In this document: piece after piece, positions 58,200 through 64,000 of the stretch | How positions within the stretch are numbered: position 1 is the stretch's first letter | Layout of the letters: every line of letters begins with the position of its first letter | Source: Rebecca billardiae RCC1528 | Lineage: Eukaryota > Protista > Haptophyta | Direction: 5' to 3' | Length of the DNA: 64,000 nucleotides | Assembly (NCBI GenBank): GCA_965240325.2 | Contig: OZ251222.1 | Location: 2,542,001 to 2,606,000, forward strand | Notes under the pieces: model-generated | What the model saw: the letters and a program-made list of their open reading frames with translations, nothing else | The model's database searches: none | Told to the model about the DNA's origin: nothing | Position numbers and translations under genes: made by a program

Positions 58200-59753
58200 T
58201 CATATCAGCAGCGTCGGCGGGGCGCTCTTGCGCCTCGGCCCAACGTTGCTCGGCGGCAGGGCGAGGAAGCCGCCGCCGCCGCCCGCGGCGCCGCCGTCGC
58301 CCTGCGCCACCTCGCTCGAGGTCGCGCGCCGCCCCGAGACGCCGCGCCCGTTCCTGGAGCCGCGTCGTGAGCGGCGGATGCCGCGCTCGCCCTCGAACAT
58401 GGGCAGCTCGCTGTGCCGGTCGTCGCGATCGGCGTGATCCCCCCTCGAGCTTCGCCGCGAGCGCGAGCTGCCGCCCGCCTCGGCAAAGGCCGGCTTGGGC
58501 GCATACGGGTCGGGCACGGGCTCGCCGTTGGCAATGTAGATCTGCGAGCGGCGGCGCCAGAACTCCTGCTCGGGCGTCTCCTCGTCGTGCTCGGCGTAGT
58601 CGTGCTGCAGGTAGCCCGCGCGGTACGCCCAGTGCCTGCCGAACAGGTAGAGCGCGCGCAGCAGCAGCAGGCACACCACGCCCCAGTACGCGACGTAGAA
58701 CCAGATGATGGCGGGCACCGAGCGCGAGAGCACCACGTGCACGTGCGTGTACTCCTCGCCGCGCACGTGCTGCTCGAAGACCCAGCAGTGCGTCGACTCG
58801 CCCGCGCGCAGCTTGTGGTGGAACCACAGCCGCGACGTCTTCTGGCAGTGCTCGAACGCCTCGTCGCGCAGCCCGTTCACCGGGCCGACGCAGTAGTCCT
58901 CGTGCGAGAGCACCAGCTTGTAGTAGGCGATGTGGTGGCCGCGCAGCGGGTCCTTGCGCGCGTCCTCGCGCGTGCACTCGTCGTCGGGCGGCGGGAGCTC
59001 GGCCTCGGCGTTGAGCGCGGCGGGGGCCAGCGCCGCCGCCGCGTCGCCGCCGGCCTCGGCCTCTGCGGCGCTTGTCCCGCTCTCCCCGGCCTGTGCGCCG
59101 CCCGCCTCGGCCACGGCCGCCGCGCTCGCGTCCTCCGCCTCCGCCTCCGCCTCCGCCTCCGCCTCGGCAGGCGCGGTGGCGTTCGACGCGTCGGCGGGCA
59201 GCTCGGGCGGAGAAGGCGGCGGCGGCGGCGGCGAGGGGCTGGGCGGCGGCGGCGACAGCTCGTCGACGAAGAAGCCGTTGTCCTCCTCCTCCCTCTCCGT
59301 CTCGCGCTCAGTGATCCAGTCGGGCCGGTGGCTCGGGTCGTCGTCGCAGCCGTCGTTGAAGCGCACGGTCACGTTGTACGCCGCGACGAAGTACCACAGG
59401 TCGCCGCCCTGGTGGTCGAGCGTCTTCGGGTTCCTGTACGTGCGCAGGCGCTCCTCCTTGGGCGTGAGCACCAGTGACTCCACCGTGCAGCTCGCGTGGA
59501 ACCACTCGCCGCCCGAGCGCGCGCGCAGCTCGACGATCAGCGGCTGGATCATGCCGAAGCCGACGGAGAGGATGGCGAGCAGGCACATGGTGAAGACGTA
59601 CGGGTTCTGGAGGAGCCGCATGCACGCGCGCCGCGCCGAGTGCGCCTCGACGCGGCGGCGCTCCGACGCCGTGTCGGTGCGGCGCAGCACGTACGGCAGC
59701 CGGCTCGGGCTGCGCCGCAGGCCCTCCGGATCGGGCAGGCCATCGTCGCTCAT
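58200..59753 (-). CDS. Two-TM membrane protein with Cys ectodomain; paralog of 5746-7473
   Basis: WFHASCTV, AYNVTVRFNDGCD, HEDYCVGP, CWVFEQH and HVHVVLSR...IIWFYVAYWG align with the 5746 protein. Confidence 0.8.
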   Translation of the reverse strand: MSDDGLPDPEGLRRSPSRLPYVLRRTDTASERRRVEAHSARRACMRLLQNPYVFTMCLLAILSVGFGMIQPLIVELRARSGGEWFHASCTVESLVLTPKEERLRTYRNPKTLDHQGGDLWYFVAAYNVTVRFNDGCDDDPSHRPDWITERETEREEEDNGFFVDELSPPPPSPSPPPPPPSPPELPADASNATAPAEAEAEAEAEAEDASAAAVAEAGGAQAGESGTSAAEAEAGGDAAAALAPAALNAEAELPPPDDECTREDARKDPLRGHHIAYYKLVLSHEDYCVGPVNGLRDEAFEHCQKTSRLWFHHKLRAGESTHCWVFEQHVRGEEYTHVHVVLSRSVPAIIWFYVAYWGVVCLLLLRALYLFGRHWAYRAGYLQHDYAEHDEETPEQEFWRRRSQIYIANGEPVPDPYAPKPAFAEAGGSSRSRRSSRGDHADRDDRHSELPMFEGERGIRRSRRGSRNGRGVSGRRATSSEVAQGDGGAAGGGGGFLALPPSNVGPRRKSAPPTLLI

Positions 59754-60670
59754 GGCGAGTCGGGGGGATGTGCAGGGCGCGGGGCGGAAGGGAATGGGCG
59801 GCGCCCGGCCGCGGCGCTGCCAAGAGGTCTCGCCGAGCTGCGCGCGCTGCGCGTCGCCCACGCTGCTGGCCGCGCGCCTTTTGGCTACCACCCGCCGCGC
59901 GGGGCGCCCAGTTGATTGGCAGTCTGATTGGGCGACAACGGTGTGAATCAGATCGAATCGAGATTTGAGCGGCAGGCGTGCCTGAAGATTACTACATCCC
60001 CGTGACGCGGGTACCAGTACGAACTACGAAACGATTATTTCGATGTATCTATGCTATTCGGAGCACGGAAAGGATCTAGGATGATACGGCCTGGGATCGT
60101 TGGGATCTACCCGGTTACATATGTGGAAAGCGCAGGACGTTGAGCTGACTGGACGCATGGCAGCTGCCAGTGCCTGCGGGTCGCGCCAAGCTTTCGGTTG
60201 GTGGAGGCCAAGCGAATACGGCCCAGGCACACGTGCAGCCCCATCGCTAGTGTCAGTGTCCTCGCGCGGCCCAAAGTCCATACCCACGGCCCTGGATGTA
60301 CAAGCAGCATGCGCCTGCGGCATGCCTCGGTGCCAAGCCGCGACACCGCCGCCACTGAGAGTTGACTCGCAGGTCCGGCCGCGGCGCGGCGTCGCGCCGC
60401 GCCCGCACCCGGCGGCCGCGCCGCATATATACTAAATTAGTTACGCCGTAAGCCTAGCGGAGCGCCGGCGCGGCGCGGCGCGGGCGCGGTTGCCCTGTGA
60501 GTGGCTGGCACGGTGGCGGTGTTACTTTCAGCGGTCAGTTGAGACGTCAGCCGTACGAGTCCGTAGCCGTATTGGCACAGATGATTTCGCCCCGGGCTCG
60601 GGCCTAGGATTTTTTGGCCGACCTTGAAAAATGGCCTCAACGCTGCCATTATGCTGCCGATAACTCGGTC

Positions 60671-60965
60671 TCATACCCGCAGCGGCTGCGGCGGCTGCGG
60701 CGGCTGCGGCGGCTGTGGCTGCGGCTGCAACTGCGGCTGCGGCTGCGGCTGCGGCTGCGGCTGCGGCTGCGGCTGCGGCTGCGGCTGCGGCTGCGGCTGC
60801 GGCTGCGGCTGCGGCTGCGGCTGCGGCTGCGGCGGCGGCTGCGGCTGCGGCTGCGGCTGCGGCTGCGGCTGCGGCTGCGGCGGCGGCGGGGGCGGGGGCG
60901 GCGGCGGCGGCGGCGGCGGCGGGGGCGGGGGCGGGGGCGGGGGCGGCGGGGGCGGGGGCTGCGGG

Positions 60966-61062
<97 letters not shown>

Positions 61063-63853
61063 GCCGCCGCCGCTGCTCCTGCTGCTGCCGCAGAGCCTGA
61101 TTGTATAGCTCGACAGCATGGATGTAGCCCTCCAGGCCGGCGAGCGTGTGGCTAGCCACGAAGCGATCGAAGGTGAGGCCGGCGACGCCTGCGGCCACGT
61201 CGCAGAGCGCGTTCAGGCTGTCGAGCTGCTCGCGCACCATGCGGCGGTTGCCTACGTTCGCCGCGATGCTCTCGCTGAGGACCTGGCTGGCGATGCGCTT
61301 GTACAGGTCTTTCAACGTCCACTCGATCATGCCCTCCAGGCTGTCGTACTTGAGCTCTCCGAGCGCGTGCACCGTCCCGAATCGCTTGTACTGCAGCCCA
61401 TCGAGTCGACTGCGCTCAAGCACGGGGAGCATCGGCACGATATCACCCGGATTCAGAACGTGGTGGAAGCGGCTCTCGTCGAACCGGGTCGCCACGAAAT
61501 CAGGGTGCGCGCAAAACACCATTGGAGCGCCAAACGTGACGACGTGGAGGCGCTGCGCGAGCGCGCGCAGCGCCGGTGACTCGCTGTGCATGATGCGCGC
61601 GGCCACTAGCTGTGCGAGCGCGCCTCCGAGTGAGTGGCCGGTGAGCACGATTGGCGCGCCCTCTTCGCACTCGGGCGCAGTAGCAGTAGCCTCGAGAACA
61701 GGCAGCAGCTCTAACTCGAGCATCTCGGCGGCATGGAGGTAGGCCTGGTGAACGTGCAACTCGGGCACAGGGGCGAACGGTTCGGGCTTGAACTGGGCGT
61801 TGAAGAGCCAGTTTTGGGCGGCGTGAACCGAGCCATCCGTCAGCGATCCGCGGACCGCAACCACGACTGCGCCATGCGTGGGCCTCGATAGGGATGTGAC
61901 TCGGCTCGAGCTGCTCGCCCAGACGACGGCGCGGAGCGACTGAACGCTCACGACGGTGACGCCCGCCCTTTGCAAGTCACCGCACGTGTACGCATCATTG
62001 CATAGCTCGACCAGGCGCCTGTCGTTGTCATACGAGCCGTAGCGGTGCGCGCCATCCGGGGCGCGGCCGAAGGAGACGTCGATTGGGTCCACTGTGCGCT
62101 GGGCGAGATCTGCCCCGTCAGCGCCGAGCAGCCCGGGCACGTCTTCCCGAGCGTTGACCAGGTCGAATGCCTCGGTGAGCGCCTGTCGCCGCTCCTTGAG
62201 CCTCGCTCGGGTGATTGCCCGCGCGGCCACAGCCCCGATGACTGTGAACCCGTCCAGCCACGACGAGCTGGAGCCCCACAGCGGCTGCGCGATCGCGACG
62301 CCGATCGTGCCCACGCAGGCGACGAGGAAGGCAGCACCTAAGCCAAAGTAGACAGTGTGGTCCTTGAGCCGGTGCAGGCTCTTCACCATGGCCTGAATCT
62401 TCTTGACGACAGGATCAAAATACAAGTCGCCAAAACGCTCCTTCGCCCGATCGCCTGCGCGCTCGACCTGGCGGCACAGCTGCACGAGCTCGGAAGCGTC
62501 GTGGACGTACTGACCCCAGCCCGCGTAGCCGACGTAGGCGTAGCCGAGCACACCCGCGAATGCCAAGGCAACGTGCTCTGCGTGCTCGAGCGCAATGGGC
62601 ATACTCGAGCAGAACCAGAGCAGCAGCAGAGTCCACCACCATGCAAACACGCCAACCAGGCCAATGGCAAAGTAGTTGTGCAGCCATGGCAGCAGGATTC
62701 GCGCAGCGGACGGATTCGCCACAGGCTGCGCTGCGTTGGTCGATGCTTGGAGGTCAGTGGGGGCGGCACACGTGCTGTGCATGCACCGCCAGGCCTCGAG
62801 GGCTGCTGCGCAGACGTAGACCACGACGAGGAGCCAGGACGGGAGCGCGTACGGCGAGCCGAAAGGGGCCGCGCCGACTGGCCTGCCCATCCAAAAGATG
62901 AAGCATTGCACACCGGACGTGAGGATCATGAGGATGAGCACGTTGACGGCAAACGACCACTCTTTCACCCTTCCCACCACGTTCTCACCAGATGCGTCTG
63001 CACGCAGCCAGAGCGCGGTCGGGAGCTCGGCGAGGAGCCAGCTGCCTTCGCGCTGCTCGTTCGCCCCGCGATCAGATTGCTCCCCGAGGGCAGGGTGCTC
63101 GCGAAGCTGGCGCCACACCCTGGGCGTTGAGTCTGCGCCGGTCTCGCTGGAAGACAGCCTGTGCACACCGCTGAGCTCGAGGGCCCACCGCCAGACAAAG
63201 TAGGCGCTCAAGCAGGCCACAAGCAGGGCGAAGAGCACGGAGACGCAGACGAGGGCAGTGCAGCGCCCGGCGAAGCAGGTGGGGTTGCGATCCGACCAGC
63301 CTCCGTACTCCTGCGTCGTGAACTCGTAAGGGACACGCCGGGACTGCTCGCTTGCATGCGTGGGCAGATCGCCGCCAGCGGGTCGGAAGAGAATCGAAGG
63401 CAGGTCCGCTCGCTGCAGGAGGCGCCATGCGTGCGCTTGGAGCGCCGACTCGTCAACGGTCAGATTCGGGTCGGACGAGCACAGCACCACAGTGACGTTG
63501 CGCGCCTTGTCGAAGTTGCCCATCGTGACGCCGCGCAGGAAGTACTGATCGAGCCACGGGCGGAAGGCGCGTGCGCTGCTCGCGCGGAGAGGGGGCACGT
63601 GCGCGTCGGCAGCAACAGACTCGCAGTCCGAGTTCTTCGCGACCTCAAAGAGGATTGACGACGACCGCGCTTGCAGATGCGCAGCGCACTGCTCCTCGCA
63701 CTCGAAGATATGCGCCACCCCCTGCGGCGAGATGTCGAAGCGGAGATAGCGGTCAGTCAAAGCGCGCTCGTCGTTGAGCACAGCAGGGTAGACGAACACG
63801 ATCTCGACGATGACCACGCACGCAATGAGGGCGGCGTAGCAGCCGAACGCGCT
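60671..63853 (-). CDS. Polytopic membrane protein with class 3 lipase domain and polyQ/polyP tail; 5' end unresolved
   Basis: VVAVRGS, VHQAY, IVLTGHSLGGALAQL, VVTFGAP and DIVPMLP, with ~8 hydrophobic segments upstream. No in-frame ATG; probable acceptor GCACAG at ~63854. Confidence 0.8.
60680..61090. repeat. Compound (GCGGCT)n/(GGC)n/(GCT)n microsatellite within the lipase 3' end
   Basis: Seen directly; encodes Q-run, P-run and QP-run on the minus strand. Confidence 0.95.
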
Positions 63854-63937
63854 CTGTGCGCGCGCGGCATTTACGGCTGGCTACGTCGTCGCCCGCGAGC
63901 GGTCACTCTCAAGTCGGTTACAGCAAGGGCCCTTGGT

Positions 63938-63996
63938 TACAGTTTACTAAGAATAAGAGACGCACACAGCTCAGGCAGGCGAGATACAGTTTACTA
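63938..63996 (+). repeat. Third copy of the 48-bp terminal motif, followed by the start of another
   Basis: TACAGTTTACTAAGAATAAGAGACGCACACAGCTCAGGCAGGCGAGAT is the exact reverse complement of 33109-33156. TACAGTTTACTA recurs at 63985-63996. Confidence 0.9.
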
Positions 63997-64000
63997 TGTT

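Noticed and set aside
60614-61155. Poly-Cys/Gly, poly-Ala and RS-repeat ORFs
   Set aside because: Alternative frames of the microsatellite inside the lipase gene.
61100-61950. EDS1/PAD4 ortholog acting with the TIR-like proteins
   Set aside because: Only the generic class 3 lipase motifs are visible, with no recognisable EP domain. The link is an analogy only.

Overview
Eukaryotic nuclear DNA, not prokaryotic. Coding regions are very GC-rich and carry short (~85-185 nt) GC-rich GT-AG introns. Together with bipartite plastid-type leaders and cobalamin-dependent MetH, this fits a haptophyte alga such as Diacronema/Pavlova (inference, not checked by search). About 23 protein genes can be reconstructed by hand, mostly as head-to-head pairs with very short shared upstream regions and separated by longer AT-richer spacers at convergent ends. 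Recognisable genes are metH, argC, XPC/Rad4, a TPT/SLC35-family transporter, a CRAL-TRIO protein, a Patched/Dispatched-like RND transporter, an ankyrin-MYND protein and SAM methyltransferases (one recently duplicated). The most unusual content is a set of putative defence/surface genes: a PA-domain/multi-TM receptor fused to a cytosolic TIR/HET-like domain, a TIR/HET-like-LRR protein with the same domain, an aegerolysin-like protein paired with the sterol-sensing transporter, a secreted RTX-repeat protein with a CPxGC...CPxGC tail, a signal-peptide ATP-grasp protein and a polytopic class-3 lipase. Non-coding structure includes a 1.9-kb TIR/TSD element, a ~740-bp foldback, a recurrent 48-bp terminal motif, a ~77-bp tandem array, a 604-bp tandem duplication and microsatellites. 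Most ORFs in the supplied track are GC-shadow frames. Domain calls come from motif recognition by eye.
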